Below, piece by piece: positions 8,795 through 18,188 of a stretch of 24,488 nucleotides of DNA (position 1 is the stretch's first letter; every line of letters begins with the position of its first letter). The position numbers and the translations under genes are program-made. The stretch is from IMG/VR virus record IMGVR_UViG_2579779149_000006; one strand, given 5' to 3'. Source of the DNA: a virus (taxonomy: Duplodnaviria > Heunggongvirae > Uroviricota > Caudoviricetes). Below the pieces are notes generated by a model that did not search any database, was not told the DNA's origin, and saw nothing but the letters and a program-made list of their open reading frames with translations.

Positions 8795-9254
8795 CCCACT
8801 TGCTCACCAGTTCGCCATTGATATAAAGCTCCATCGGGCGGGTGACCGGCTCCGGCGGCGTGGGTTCCGGGATATTCTTCACATGCAGCGCGCCGTCCAC
8901 CTCACTGACCAGCGTGCGCTCGGTCAGCATCAGGCTGATGCTGATATCAAAGCTGCTGTCATTGTTGATGTCTGCATAAAACGTGAAGCCCTTTTTCTGG
9001 CCTTCGTCGGTGGTCATGATGTCGGGCTGATTTTCCCGCAGCCACGCCAGCACCGGCACGATGAGCAGGTCAAAATCACCGGTAAAGTCGGTCACAATGA
9101 CATTGAGCGTGTAACGCTTTTCGAATGACAACGACGCCGCCAGTGTGGAGGCAATACTCCCGTTATCCACGAATATCCGCAGCATATCGGGGTTAGTTTT
9201 CAGCACCGTGACGGCATCAGTCAGCGCCCTGCGCAGGCTGTCGGGTTTGAGCAT
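8787..9254 (-). CDS. R: tail completion protein R, 155 aa
   Basis: ATG at 9252-9254. 155 aa, as P2 R. Confidence 0.8.
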   Translation of the reverse strand: MLKPDSLRRALTDAVTVLKTNPDMLRIFVDNGSIASTLAASLSFEKRYTLNVIVTDFTGDFDLLIVPVLAWLRENQPDIMTTDEGQKKGFTFYADINNDSSFDISISLMLTERTLVSEVDGALHVKNIPEPTPPEPVTRPMELYINGELVSKWDE

Positions 9255-9507
9255 CGTTTTCGTCCTGACAGTGTTTAATCATTTTTACCTGGCTGGCACA
9301 ACGTGCCAGCGCGTTCTCGAGCTGCCGGATATCGGCACTTAAATCGCCGTTCGTCTCCGGGTCACTGCCCGGCATCGGGCAAAGGCTCACTTTCGGGCAG
9401 GCGTTGGCGACAATCACTGGCGTCGGTGCAGGCGGGGCGCTGGTGCAACCGGCGCACAGCATCAGGCAGGTCAGCACCGTACCAGCGGCGAAAATCTTCG
9501 TTTTCAT
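9217..9507 (-). CDS. lysC: o-spanin / Rz1-like outer-membrane lipoprotein (P2 LysC-like), about 96 aa, embedded out of frame in lysB
   Basis: Internal ATG at 9505-9507 inside ORF 9217..9624. Signal peptide plus lipobox MKTKIFAAGTVLTCLMLCAGC. Proline-rich mature part. Overlaps the 3' half of lysB in another frame and the R start. Confidence 0.6.
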   Translation of the reverse strand: MKTKIFAAGTVLTCLMLCAGCTSAPPAPTPVIVANACPKVSLCPMPGSDPETNGDLSADIRQLENALARCASQVKMIKHCQDENDAQTRQPAQGAD

Positions 9508-9787
9508 TAAGTAACCTCGTGATGGTTTTCTCGCGCTGTGCTTCACGCTTCGCGGCGTTCTCCAGTTCCTGACGCAGTGCCACCTGCGCCAACTCGTTTT
9601 TGTCTGCCCTGGTGAGGGCAGCATGAAGCTGATTTTTCAGCATGATGATGGTCGTCTGCTGTTCACTGGCGACGTTGTTCACCCTGTCCAGCGAGGCGCG
9701 CAGGCTGGCGTTTTCATGCTTCGCCAGAAACAGTCCCGCCACCGCCAGCGATAACAACACAACCAGCACAATCATCAGCTTTGACAT
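9362..9787 (-). CDS. lysB: i-spanin / Rz-like protein (P2 LysB-like), 141 aa
   Basis: ATG at 9785-9787. N-terminal TM anchor LMIVLVVLLSLAVAGLFLA followed by a charged coiled-coil-like region. 141 aa, as P2 LysB. Confidence 0.7.
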   Translation of the reverse strand: MSKLMIVLVVLLSLAVAGLFLAKHENASLRASLDRVNNVASEQQTTIIMLKNQLHAALTRADKNELAQVALRQELENAAKREAQREKTITRLLNENEDFRRWYGADLPDAVRRLHQRPACTDASDCRQRLPESEPLPDAGQ

Positions 9788-10200
9788 GGTTCCCGCCCCT
9801 CAAGACGCTGACGGCAGGCCGTGCGTATCAGCCGGAAAAACAGCGACGCCACGAGATAAATCAGCGCAGTAAAAATCCACCCGGTGGCAACCAGCGAGAT
9901 AAACGTCGCCACCATCACTACCAGAGCCGCCGCCCGTCTGCACCACGGCACCGGCTGCAAAAACAGCGACGTGACAATCTTCACGGCCAGCGATTCCGGT
10001 GGCAACTCCCGCCCGTAGCGTTCCAGCACATACTCCGTGGCATACACGCCAACACCACCGGCAACCACACAGATAACCGTCACCAGAATCGCCCAGGCAG
10101 CGACAAAATTGACGGCCACGCTCTGCGGGTAAATCAGGGACAGTGCCAGCATCAGCGCCAGCGACACATTCAGCATCAGTGAAAGGGATAATTTCTTCAT
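9775..10200 (-). CDS. lysA: lysis-timing membrane protein (P2 LysA-like), 141 aa
   Basis: ATG at 10198-10200. Multi-TM hydrophobic protein. 141 aa, as P2 LysA. Position between K and lysB. Confidence 0.65.
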   Translation of the reverse strand: MKKLSLSLMLNVSLALMLALSLIYPQSVAVNFVAAWAILVTVICVVAGGVGVYATEYVLERYGRELPPESLAVKIVTSLFLQPVPWCRRAAALVVMVATFISLVATGWIFTALIYLVASLFFRLIRTACRQRLEGREPCQS

Positions 10201-10214
10201 GGTGTTTACTCCGT

Positions 10215-10712
10215 TTAAGCCAGTACGCCGCCAGCGGTACGCCAGACGGTGACCAGTTTTTCCAGTGAATGCTCACGCTGACCGTAACCGGCACCCGGCA
10301 GGGACGCCCAGATATTTCGACAGCGTGAAATGGCGCGCTCAATACGTCCCGCCCGGATGTCATCCAGCGCACCGCGTTCGCGGATCAACTGAATGGCGAG
10401 TCTGTCCTGTGACAGCGGACTGAAATCCGGCAGGGCAAGCTGTTTGCGGTAATGCGGCCAGAACAGGTAAAGCTGCTGATAGCGACCGGAGGCCGTGGAT
10501 TTTTCACCGCGACGGTTAAACACCTTCGCCGGTCGGCCATGTGCGAACGGGTGGTCACTGTAGTCGGTGAAGATTTCCGGCTTCCCGTCCAGTCCGGTGA
10601 CTATCACGTCATAGCCACGGTTTTTCGTCAGCGGATGATTCGCCGTCCCTTCGGACACCGCCAGCATGTCGAGAAAGGCGGCGATATTCTGGTGCGTGTT
10701 AATTACCGGCAT
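10215..10712 (-). CDS. K: endolysin (P2 gpK-like lysozyme), 165 aa
   Basis: ATG at 10710-10712. 165 aa, as P2 K. Position follows the holin. Confidence 0.85.
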   Translation of the reverse strand: MPVINTHQNIAAFLDMLAVSEGTANHPLTKNRGYDVIVTGLDGKPEIFTDYSDHPFAHGRPAKVFNRRGEKSTASGRYQQLYLFWPHYRKQLALPDFSPLSQDRLAIQLIRERGALDDIRAGRIERAISRCRNIWASLPGAGYGQREHSLEKLVTVWRTAGGVLA

Positions 10713-10993
10713 TACGGTTTCCCCCTGCCCTTAAAGCGGCGCTGAATGGCAATCTCAATCACCTGATAACCGGCGATACCCAGCATGGAGCCGATGCCGC
10801 ACACCGCAGGCAGTGACAGGTCAGGAAACTGCACCAGAACAACACCGGCAACCATCGAGACAAAACCACCGAGCAACATGCGCCCGATAAACAGACGCGG
10901 GGTGATGGGTTCACCACCGGCAAGCACCTTGCCGACAACAATCAGCACCCCAATCATGAAAAGCGACAGGACGCTTTTTTCTTCTGCTGTCAT
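10712..10993 (-). CDS. Y: holin (P2 gpY-like), 93 aa
   Basis: ATG at 10991-10993. Small protein with TM segments and a charged C-terminus (RRFKGRGKP). 93 aa, as P2 Y. Confidence 0.8.
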   Translation of the reverse strand: MTAEEKSVLSLFMIGVLIVVGKVLAGGEPITPRLFIGRMLLGGFVSMVAGVVLVQFPDLSLPAVCGIGSMLGIAGYQVIEIAIQRRFKGRGKP

Positions 10994-10996
10994 GCG

Positions 10997-11200
10997 TTAC
11001 TCCCACAGATTGACAGTTTCAGCCACGGGCGCGGTCTGAACGTCGGGCAGTTCGACGGCGGTGCCGTGTGGCAGCACCGCACCCAGTTCAGCCAGTCCCG
11101 GATTTGCGGCGAGCACGGTCTCAACCACGCCCTCAGTGCGCCCGTAATACCGGACACAAATGGCGTCGAGCGTGTCGCCCTGTAGCGCAAAGGTCTTCAT
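10997..11200 (-). CDS. X: tail protein X (P2 gpX-like), 67 aa
   Basis: Internal ATG at 11198-11200 of ORF 10997..11269, overlapping the L stop by 1 nt. 67 aa, as P2 X. Confidence 0.75.
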   Translation of the reverse strand: MKTFALQGDTLDAICVRYYGRTEGVVETVLAANPGLAELGAVLPHGTAVELPDVQTAPVAETVNLWE

Positions 11201-11709
11201 CAGATTTGACTCACGATGCAGCGCGGCTTGTCCTGGATGCGCGCCACTGCCCAGCGCATATCCCGCCACAACTCATCAATGGTGCTGTCAATGCTGTCGG
11301 CCTTCTTGTCGCCTTTCGCACTGGCATCCACGCCGCGGTAACGCTCATAAAGCGACGCGGTCGCCATCGCACACACGGCGCGCTCGTAGTAAAATACTTT
11401 GATGCTTTCACCGTCGATGTCGTCCGCCGGGACGTCCGCCAGACGCGTAAAACCGGCGGCAATTTTCTGTTCGCGGTACTCGTACAGCTCCGCATTCGTC
11501 TCCGCCATACCTGACTTGATGGCCTCACGCAGACGGGCGGGGGCGACGGTCTGCTCAAGGCGCATACGTTCCCGGACGCGCTTCGGGTCGATATCGGGAA
11601 AAAAGAACGTGTTTTTAATCACCGGCTCGTCGCCTGCCGGTTGCGGGATGACCACCGTACCCTCACCGGATACAGGAGCCTCCTTTCGCGGAATAATCAG
11701 CGTCATCAT
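11200..11709 (-). CDS. L: head completion/stabilisation protein L, 169 aa
   Basis: In-frame ATG pair at 11704-11709 (MMTLIIPRK...); the first gives 169 aa, as P2 L. Stop TGA at 11200-11202. Confidence 0.85.
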   Translation of the reverse strand: MMTLIIPRKEAPVSGEGTVVIPQPAGDEPVIKNTFFFPDIDPKRVRERMRLEQTVAPARLREAIKSGMAETNAELYEYREQKIAAGFTRLADVPADDIDGESIKVFYYERAVCAMATASLYERYRGVDASAKGDKKADSIDSTIDELWRDMRWAVARIQDKPRCIVSQI

Positions 11710-11808
11710 GACTACCTCTGAAAAGTCGGGCGGTGGACGCCGGTGCAGTGTCAGATGATTCACCCTCACTGACCGGCGTGCCGCCCTGGCGCGGGGCGCA
11801 TTCGGTTG

Positions 11809-12552
11809 TTAACTGGCTTTCTTTTTCGGGCGTCCACGTTTTGCCGGGGTCACGCTCCGGGTCTTACGCGGGGTGCGGGTGACCGCTTTGGGCTGCGGCT
11901 CCGGCTTCGGTTTCAGCTCCCGCTCCAGTCGTTCAATCTCTTTTTTAACGCCTGCCTGACAGTCGAGCTGTGTCGCACGTTGCAGGTGCGCCAGCGCACC
12001 GGCGGCATCACCAGCGTCACGCAGAAACAGACCGGTGATTTTGTGCAGATTTGCGCGCACTTCATCAGGCATGTCAGCCGTGGCGGTCAGTTCAAGGGTG
12101 TCCGTCAGCAGGCGGGTATCCACGGATTCACCGGCAGCGTGGGCGCGCATGGCCGCGAGCGCGACCTCCTCGGTGAACATGTACGGCGGGGTGCGGCGGT
12201 GTTTACCCGGCATGGTCAGACCGTACTTCAGGGCATAACGGGCAATCTCCAGCGCACCGGCAATATCGCCGGTATCCAGACGCCACAGCATGACCGTCAT
12301 CAGAATGTCATCCTGTGCACCTTTGCCCTGCTCCAGCACGCCGTTCACCCACGGCAACCAGAACGGCAGCAGTTCGCGTTTTTTCGCGGCCTTCAGCTCT
12401 TTTGAATAAATCGCTTTCAGTGTGCGCTGGTCTGCGGCGAGCTTAACCAGCATCTGCTCATAGACAGTTGCATGTCGCAGCGGGGCGGCTTCCCGCTGCG
12501 CGGTCATCGCTGCCGAGACCCGCATCATGTGGCGCTGTGCGGGACTCGTCAT
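11809..12552 (-). CDS. M: terminase small (endonuclease) subunit M, 247 aa
   Basis: ATG at 12550-12552. 247 aa, as P2 M. Basic C-terminal tail (KRGRPKKKAS). Confidence 0.85.
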   Translation of the reverse strand: MTSPAQRHMMRVSAAMTAQREAAPLRHATVYEQMLVKLAADQRTLKAIYSKELKAAKKRELLPFWLPWVNGVLEQGKGAQDDILMTVMLWRLDTGDIAGALEIARYALKYGLTMPGKHRRTPPYMFTEEVALAAMRAHAAGESVDTRLLTDTLELTATADMPDEVRANLHKITGLFLRDAGDAAGALAHLQRATQLDCQAGVKKEIERLERELKPKPEPQPKAVTRTPRKTRSVTPAKRGRPKKKAS

Positions 12553-12555
12553 CGG

Positions 12556-13629
12556 TTACGCTCCCGGCTCTGCGGTCGCTTTAGCCGGTGTGGAGAAGTC
12601 ACCGACCTTGATTTTTTCCACCAGACAACCGGCGGCGTAGTCTTCCACCACGTAATCAATGTTCATTGACTCGTAGTTCTCCACGCGGTCGAGTTTCGGG
12701 TTTTCCTCAATCACGCGGCGATGGCTGTCATCCATGTAGTAGATGGACAGGTTTTCCAGCTTCGTGATGAGCATCGCATCCGCCGGGAAGTACGGGACGC
12801 GTACCGCTGGCAGGTTGCCGATGCGTTTCTGGCTGATGATGACGTCAGCGGCCAGCATTTCGCTGTTGTCCTGCTCCTTGTTGACGATGGGAAAATACTT
12901 GTCCGCCAGTAGCTGACGTCCCACAATCACCACAAGGTCAGGTTCTTCCTGATACCACGGCTCAATCAGGTTGTTGGTCGCATCCATCACCAGTGCATCA
13001 AGGCTGGCATAATCACCGCCCTTACCCACGCGGATGACCTCAGAGGTGGTGCGGCCTTCCTCGTCAGTGACCTTGCTCATCACGCGCGCCGGGGCTTCAT
13101 TGCGGTATTTCTGCAGCCAGCCGACCGCCACATCCTGCAGCATCGGATTACTGTTGCGGTCAGAGGTTTCGGCACGCTTCACGCCGTTAAAACCGGCCAT
13201 GATGAAATCAAGGGACTGGCGTTTGATAATGGCGTTACGGATACGGAGCTGGAAATCCTGATAACGCGCCCACAGGTCCAGCGTTTTGTAGCGGATATAA
13301 AAATCGAAGTTAACCTGGTCGCATTCGTACTTGTTTGACGCCAGCTTCGAGAAGTCCTTCGGCTGACGCTCGGTGCCACCGGCGGTGTCGGTGGTGCTGG
13401 CAATGGGGCCGGTGACACCGATACCAATTTTTTCCCCTTTCATTTCGCTGACCGGCACAATGTTGATGCGGGTCAGAAAGTCAGAGGACTCCTGCATGGT
13501 GTTCATCAGGGTCTGGGTGACCGACGGTTCAACGGTGAATTTTTTCGACACATCACCGGCGTCGATGCCGTTCAGTTCGGCAACACGGGACAGGTAGGCA
13601 TTAAATTTAAAACGGGTTTCCTGGCGCAT
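12556..13629 (-). CDS. N: major capsid protein N, 357 aa
   Basis: ATG at 13627-13629. 357 aa, as P2 N. Lies between scaffold and small terminase. Confidence 0.9.
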   Translation of the reverse strand: MRQETRFKFNAYLSRVAELNGIDAGDVSKKFTVEPSVTQTLMNTMQESSDFLTRINIVPVSEMKGEKIGIGVTGPIASTTDTAGGTERQPKDFSKLASNKYECDQVNFDFYIRYKTLDLWARYQDFQLRIRNAIIKRQSLDFIMAGFNGVKRAETSDRNSNPMLQDVAVGWLQKYRNEAPARVMSKVTDEEGRTTSEVIRVGKGGDYASLDALVMDATNNLIEPWYQEEPDLVVIVGRQLLADKYFPIVNKEQDNSEMLAADVIISQKRIGNLPAVRVPYFPADAMLITKLENLSIYYMDDSHRRVIEENPKLDRVENYESMNIDYVVEDYAAGCLVEKIKVGDFSTPAKATAEPGA

Positions 13630-13687
13630 ATTTGTTCCTGAAATTAAGGGTTAATCGTGAAGGTTTTCCCGGACTGACTGACGCCGG

Positions 13688-14542
13688 TCAGCAGTTCGTC
13701 ATCAGGGCGTCTCCGCCACCGCCGGTGGCCTTGCTGCGGCGCTGCTGGGTCAGACTTTCGGTGTTGTCGAGACTGTTTTTCAGGCGGGTGAATGCCTGGC
13801 TGGTTTCATCCGCCCTGTCAGTCACCTCCTGCTTAAGTGCGGAAAAGGCGTTTTCCATCTCAGCGAGGCGCTGCTCAGTGGCGCTCAGTTTTTCCTGCAC
13901 ATGTTCAGCAACAGCGGTCACCGCTTCATGCACGTCATTCAGACGGGCGTCATCGCTGGCCTGTTTGCGGCCAAAAATGGATTTCACCTTTTCGGTCAGG
14001 GCGGTGAACACGGTTTCAGGCAGGTCTTCAAATTCCAGCTCAACGGGCGTTGCCACTGAAATCAGGTTTTCAGGGCTTAATTTGAAGCGGTTCAGGGGGT
14101 TGTGTTTTGCCGTGCGGCAGAATTCCAGGTATTCCGTGCCGAGGCTTGCCGGGTCATCGGTGACGGCCAGACCCACCAGATAACATTTGCCGGTATTGGC
14201 AAAGTTCGGCTGAATTTCCATTGAGGTGTAGACCTTCTGCGCGGCCTTGTTCATCGCGATAAGGTCATCGGTCGGGGTGATTTTCGCAAACAGCGCCCAT
14301 TTGCCTTTCAGCGCCGAATCATCGTCAATCTTTTCGGCCTTCAGTTCGACCACATCGCCATAACGCTTAAAAATACCGTCAGGCAGGATGCCGCGCAGAT
14401 GTTCCAGGTTAATGCGGCAACCATAGACTCGCGGGTCAAAGGTTTCGGCCATTTCCTGAATATCCTGCGCACTGATGACACGCCCGTCACAGGTGTCACC
14501 CTCAACGCCGATACGAAAGAATTTTGAGACTTTTTTTGCCAT
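13688..14542 (-). CDS. O: capsid scaffolding protein O, 284 aa
   Basis: Start taken at internal ATG 14540-14542 (MAKKVSKFF...), giving 284 aa, as P2 O. The longer ORF to 14608 begins on a non-ATG codon. Stop TGA at 13688-13690. Confidence 0.85.
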   Translation of the reverse strand: MAKKVSKFFRIGVEGDTCDGRVISAQDIQEMAETFDPRVYGCRINLEHLRGILPDGIFKRYGDVVELKAEKIDDDSALKGKWALFAKITPTDDLIAMNKAAQKVYTSMEIQPNFANTGKCYLVGLAVTDDPASLGTEYLEFCRTAKHNPLNRFKLSPENLISVATPVELEFEDLPETVFTALTEKVKSIFGRKQASDDARLNDVHEAVTAVAEHVQEKLSATEQRLAEMENAFSALKQEVTDRADETSQAFTRLKNSLDNTESLTQQRRSKATGGGGDALMTNC

Positions 14543-14715
14543 TGTCAGGAGTCCTGAATAGTGATTAGAGGAGTCACATGTCGGCATCAGTTTCCCGACG
14601 ATGCGCATCCTCTGCCATCAGTCCCGGATGGCTTATCACTGACACAACAGCACCTTAGCGAATCGCGGGGCGCGACTCAGTAGCCTTGCCGTGTATTCAT
14701 CACGGCGAGGTATTC
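14543..14715. promoter_or_regulatory. divergent late-promoter region between O (leftward) and P (rightward)
   Basis: 173-bp intergenic region between two divergently transcribed late operons, as for P2 P_O/P_P. Contains small dyads (for example GCCGTG-N7-CACGGC near 14680) but no clean TGT-N12-ACA activator site could be placed. Confidence 0.4.
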
Positions 14716-16488
14716 ATGACCATCACCACAGACACCACTCTTTTACACGACCCGCGTCGTCAGGCGGCGCTGCTGTACTGGCAGGGGTTTTCCGTGCCGC
14801 AGATTGCCGCCATGTTGCAGATGAAACGCCCGACGGTGCAGAGCTGGAAACAGCGCGACGGCTGGGACAGCGTTGCCCCCATCAGCCGTGTCGAAATGAG
14901 TCTGGAAGCGCGGCTGACCCAGCTCATCATCAAACCGCAGAAAACCGGCGGTGACTTCAAGGAAATTGACCTGCTGGGACGCCAGATTGAACGACTGGCA
15001 CGGGTCAACCGCTACAGTCAGACCGGCAACGAGGCAGACCTTAATCCGAACGTCGCTAACCGCAACAAAGGCGGGCGCCGCAAACCGAAAAAGAATTTTT
15101 TCAGTGACGAGGCCATCGAAAAGCTGGAGCAGATTTTCTTTGAGCAGTCTTTCGACTATCAGTTGCACTGGTATCGCGCCGGGCTTGAGCACCGCATCCG
15201 CGATATCCTGAAATCCCGCCAGATTGGCGCGACGTTTTATTTTTCCCGCGAGGCGCTGCTGCGCGCCCTGAAAACCGGTCATAACCAGATTTTTCTGTCG
15301 GCCAGTAAAACGCAGGCGTATGTGTTCCGCGAATACATCATCGCCTTTGCCCGGCTGGTTGACGTTGACCTGACCGGTGACCCGATTGTCCTGGGCAATA
15401 ACGGCGCAAAACTGATTTTTCTCGGCACCAACTCCAACACCGCACAGAGCCATAACGGCGACCTGTACGTCGATGAGATTTTCTGGATCCCGAATTTTCA
15501 GGTACTGCGTAAGGTGGCATCAGGTATGGCCTCACAGAGTCACCTGCGCTCGACCTATTTCTCCACCCCGTCCACGCTGGCGCACGACGCCTACCCGTTC
15601 TGGTCGGGTGAACTGTTCAACCGGGGACGCGCCAGCGCCGCCGAACGCGTGGAAATCGACGTCAGTCATAACGCCCTTGCCGGTGGGCTTCTCTGTGCGG
15701 ACGGCCAGTGGCGGCAGATTGTCACCATTGAGGACGCGCTGAAAGGCGGCTGCACGCTGTTCGACATTGAGCAGCTCAAACGTGAAAACAGCGCCGACGA
15801 TTTTAAAAACCTGTTCATGTGTGAATTTGTTGACGACAAAGCGTCGGTGTTCCCGTTCGAGGAGCTGCAACGCTGCATGGTCGATACGCTGGAAGAATGG
15901 GAAGACTATGCACCGTTTGCCGCAAATCCGTTCGGCTCCCGCCCGGTATGGATTGGTTACGACCCGTCACACCGTGGCGACAGCGCCGGATGCGTGGTGC
16001 TGGCACCGCCGGTGGTGGCCGGTGGCAAATTCAGGATCCTTGAGCGTCACCAGTGGAAAGGCATGGACTTTGCCACCCAGGCAGAATCCATCCGCAAACT
16101 CACCGAAAAATATAACGTTGAATACATCGGGATTGATGCCACCGGCCTCGGTGTCGGTGTGTTCCAGCTCGTGCGCTCGTTCTATCCCGCCGCGCGCGAT
16201 ATCCGCTACACGCCGGAAATGAAAACCGCAATGGTGCTCAAGGCAAAAGACGTTATCCGCCGTGGCTGTCTGGAATATGACGTCAGCGCCACCGACATCA
16301 CCAGCTCGTTTATGGCTATCCGCAAGACCATGACCAGCAGCGGACGCAGCGCCACCTATGAGGCCAGCCGCAGCGAGGAAGCCAGCCACGCCGACCTCGC
16401 CTGGGCGACCATGCACGCCCTGTTAAATGAGCCACTCACCGCCGGTATCAGCACTCCGCTGACATCCACCATTCTGGAGTTTTACTGA
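14716..16488 (+). CDS. P: terminase large (ATPase) subunit P, 590 aa
   Basis: Start taken at MTITTDTT (internal ATG of ORF 14686..16488), giving 590 aa, as P2 P. Stop overlaps the Q start (TGATG). Confidence 0.9.
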   Translation: MTITTDTTLLHDPRRQAALLYWQGFSVPQIAAMLQMKRPTVQSWKQRDGWDSVAPISRVEMSLEARLTQLIIKPQKTGGDFKEIDLLGRQIERLARVNRYSQTGNEADLNPNVANRNKGGRRKPKKNFFSDEAIEKLEQIFFEQSFDYQLHWYRAGLEHRIRDILKSRQIGATFYFSREALLRALKTGHNQIFLSASKTQAYVFREYIIAFARLVDVDLTGDPIVLGNNGAKLIFLGTNSNTAQSHNGDLYVDEIFWIPNFQVLRKVASGMASQSHLRSTYFSTPSTLAHDAYPFWSGELFNRGRASAAERVEIDVSHNALAGGLLCADGQWRQIVTIEDALKGGCTLFDIEQLKRENSADDFKNLFMCEFVDDKASVFPFEELQRCMVDTLEEWEDYAPFAANPFGSRPVWIGYDPSHRGDSAGCVVLAPPVVAGGKFRILERHQWKGMDFATQAESIRKLTEKYNVEYIGIDATGLGVGVFQLVRSFYPAARDIRYTPEMKTAMVLKAKDVIRRGCLEYDVSATDITSSFMAIRKTMTSSGRSATYEASRSEEASHADLAWATMHALLNEPLTAGISTPLTSTILEFY

Positions 16489-17522
16489 TGAGCAAGAAAA
16501 AAGGGAAAACACCGCAACCTGCGGCAAAAACAATGACCGCCAGCGCCCCGAAAATGGAGGCATTCACCTTTGGCGAGCCGGTGCCGGTACTCGACCGCCG
16601 TGATATTCTGGATTACGTCGAGTGCATCAGTAACGGCAGATGGTATGAGCCGCCGGTCAGCTTTACCGGTCTGGCGAAAAGCCTGCGTGCTGCCGTGCAT
16701 CACAGCTCGCCGATTTACGTTAAACGCAATATTCTGGCTTCAACGTTTATTCCGCATCCGTGGCTTTCTCAGCAGGATTTCAGCCGCTTTGTGCTGGATT
16801 TTCTGGTGTTCGGCAATGCGTTTCTGGAAAAGCGTTACAGCACCACCGGCAAGGTCATCAGACTGGAAACCTCACCGGCAAAATATACCCGCCGTGGCGT
16901 GGAGGAGGATGTTTACTGGTGGGTGCCTTCCTTCAACGAGCCGACAGCCTTCGCACCTGGCTCCGTGTTTCATCTGCTGGAGCCGGATATTAATCAGGAG
17001 CTGTACGGCCTGCCGGAATATCTGAGCGCCCTTAATTCTGCCTGGCTGAATGAGTCAGCCACGCTGTTCCGCCGCAAGTATTACGAAAACGGCGCACATG
17101 CCGGATACATCATGTACGTCACCGATGCCGTGCAGGACCGCAACGATATCGAAATGCTTCGCGAAAACATGGTTAAGTCGAAAGGCCGCAATAACTTTAA
17201 AAATCTGTTTCTCTATGCACCACAGGGGAAAGCCGACGGCATTAAAATTATCCCGCTCAGTGAAGTGGCAACGAAGGACGATTTTTTTAATATCAAAAAA
17301 GCCAGTGCCGCTGACCTGCTGGACGCACACCGCATCCCCTTTCAGTTGATGGGTGGCAAGCCGGAGAACGTCGGGTCGCTGGGTGATATTGAGAAAGTGG
17401 CAAAGGTCTTTGTCCGCAATGAGCTTATCCCGTTACAGGACAGGATTCGGGAAATAAACGGCTGGCTTGGTCAGGAAGTCATCCGCTTTAAAAACTACTC
17501 ACTGGACACTGACAACGGCTGA
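16488..17522 (+). CDS. Q: portal (capsid vertex) protein Q, 344 aa
   Basis: ATG at 16488-16490. 344 aa, as P2 Q. Followed by a terminator and the cos region. Confidence 0.9.
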   Translation: MSKKKGKTPQPAAKTMTASAPKMEAFTFGEPVPVLDRRDILDYVECISNGRWYEPPVSFTGLAKSLRAAVHHSSPIYVKRNILASTFIPHPWLSQQDFSRFVLDFLVFGNAFLEKRYSTTGKVIRLETSPAKYTRRGVEEDVYWWVPSFNEPTAFAPGSVFHLLEPDINQELYGLPEYLSALNSAWLNESATLFRRKYYENGAHAGYIMYVTDAVQDRNDIEMLRENMVKSKGRNNFKNLFLYAPQGKADGIKIIPLSEVATKDDFFNIKKASAADLLDAHRIPFQLMGGKPENVGSLGDIEKVAKVFVRNELIPLQDRIREINGWLGQEVIRFKNYSLDTDNG

Positions 17523-17526
17523 ACAT

Positions 17527-17549
17527 CGCCGCCTGCGGGCGGCTTTTTT
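17527..17549 (+). terminator. rho-independent terminator after Q
   Basis: GC-rich hairpin GCCGCC-tgcg-GGCGGC followed by TTTTTT, immediately 3' of the Q stop. Confidence 0.6.
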
Positions 17550-17691
17550 ACACCCCGTCATCACGCACTCACACGCTCACCACCGCACAAAACACCCCGC
17601 AGACACACCAACGCCTCAACTGGCAGACTAAACGCCATCACGACGCGCTCAGACGCTGAAAAAATAAAATCAGCACCACCGCCAGCGCGCA

Positions 17692-17710
17692 GTGCTTTCC
17701 CCGCCTCGCC
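17692..17710. other. cos cohesive-end sequence (19-mer)
   Basis: GTGCTTTCCCCGCCTCGCC is the reverse complement of GGCGAGGCGGGGAAAGCAC, which I recall as the P2/186 19-nt cohesive end. It sits 170 bp past the portal gene, where P2 cos is expected. The match is from memory, not a database check. Confidence 0.55.
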
Positions 17711-17994
17711 CGCCCGCTTCACGTGGCGGTTTTAATGCAGTTGCATAGATACTATGGATCCGCACCAGTCCTGACCGCACGCAGCCTGAACGGACATCCC
17801 CAGCGCATGCAAAAACATTCACTTGTTGCATGCATAGCTTTTTAAGTACGCCATACCGCAACTGTACATTTTTAAGCAATTGGCAACTTTAAAAAATTTA
17901 CATTGCTTTCAAGACCTTATCATCCGTAGTCTCTGTTTTTTACTTTGAGCTACATCAATAAAATCTCAAACATGTTTAATGCAAAGCCCTTGTT

Positions 17995-18048
17995 ACACAA
18001 CATAGAATGTATGTCTAGAAACAACGACATACTATATGTTGTGTTTTT
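17995..18048 (+). terminator. long imperfect AT-rich hairpin followed by a T-run (terminator-like or structured RNA 3' end)
   Basis: Arms ACACAACATA (17995-18004) and TATGTC (18010-18015) pair with GACATA (18026-18031) and TATGTTGTGT (18035-18044); loop 18016-18025; followed by TTTT at 18045-18048. Confidence 0.3.
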
Positions 18049-18188
18049 CCGGCTCTCTGTTCGGTGATATGCCAAATCACTTTGCGTTTAAACAGAGCAT
18101 TATTTCAGGGCAAGACTTCGCTCAAAAGTCATTCCACCTAAGAAGCGCATATACCGGTGGAAGTTGCCCTCTACTTACAGGAGGCAAT

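Noticed and set aside
4840-16416. Many antisense or alternative-frame ORFs of 60-240 aa inside the late genes (for example 4840-5187 +, 5755-6237 +, 6161-6772 +, 7581-8021 +, 7973-8497 +, 9800-10372 -, 11068-11514 +, 11806-12405 +, 14743-15453 -, 15967-16416 -)
   Set aside because: They lie wholly within confidently assigned P2-like genes on the opposite strand or in another frame, and their translations are low-complexity (Arg/Ala/Gly/Pro-rich), typical of shadow ORFs in GC-rich coding DNA.
17670-17879. 69-aa minus-strand ORF spanning the cos 19-mer
   Set aside because: Runs through the cohesive-end site and a GC-rich non-coding region, has no RBS, and its translation is low-complexity and arginine/glycine-rich. 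Judged spurious.
17860-17880. LexA-box-like CTGT half-site (ACTGTACATTTTTAAGC) near cos, recalling the SOS-controlled tum promoter of phage 186
   Set aside because: The second half-site ACAG is missing, and there is no downstream antirepressor-sized ORF.
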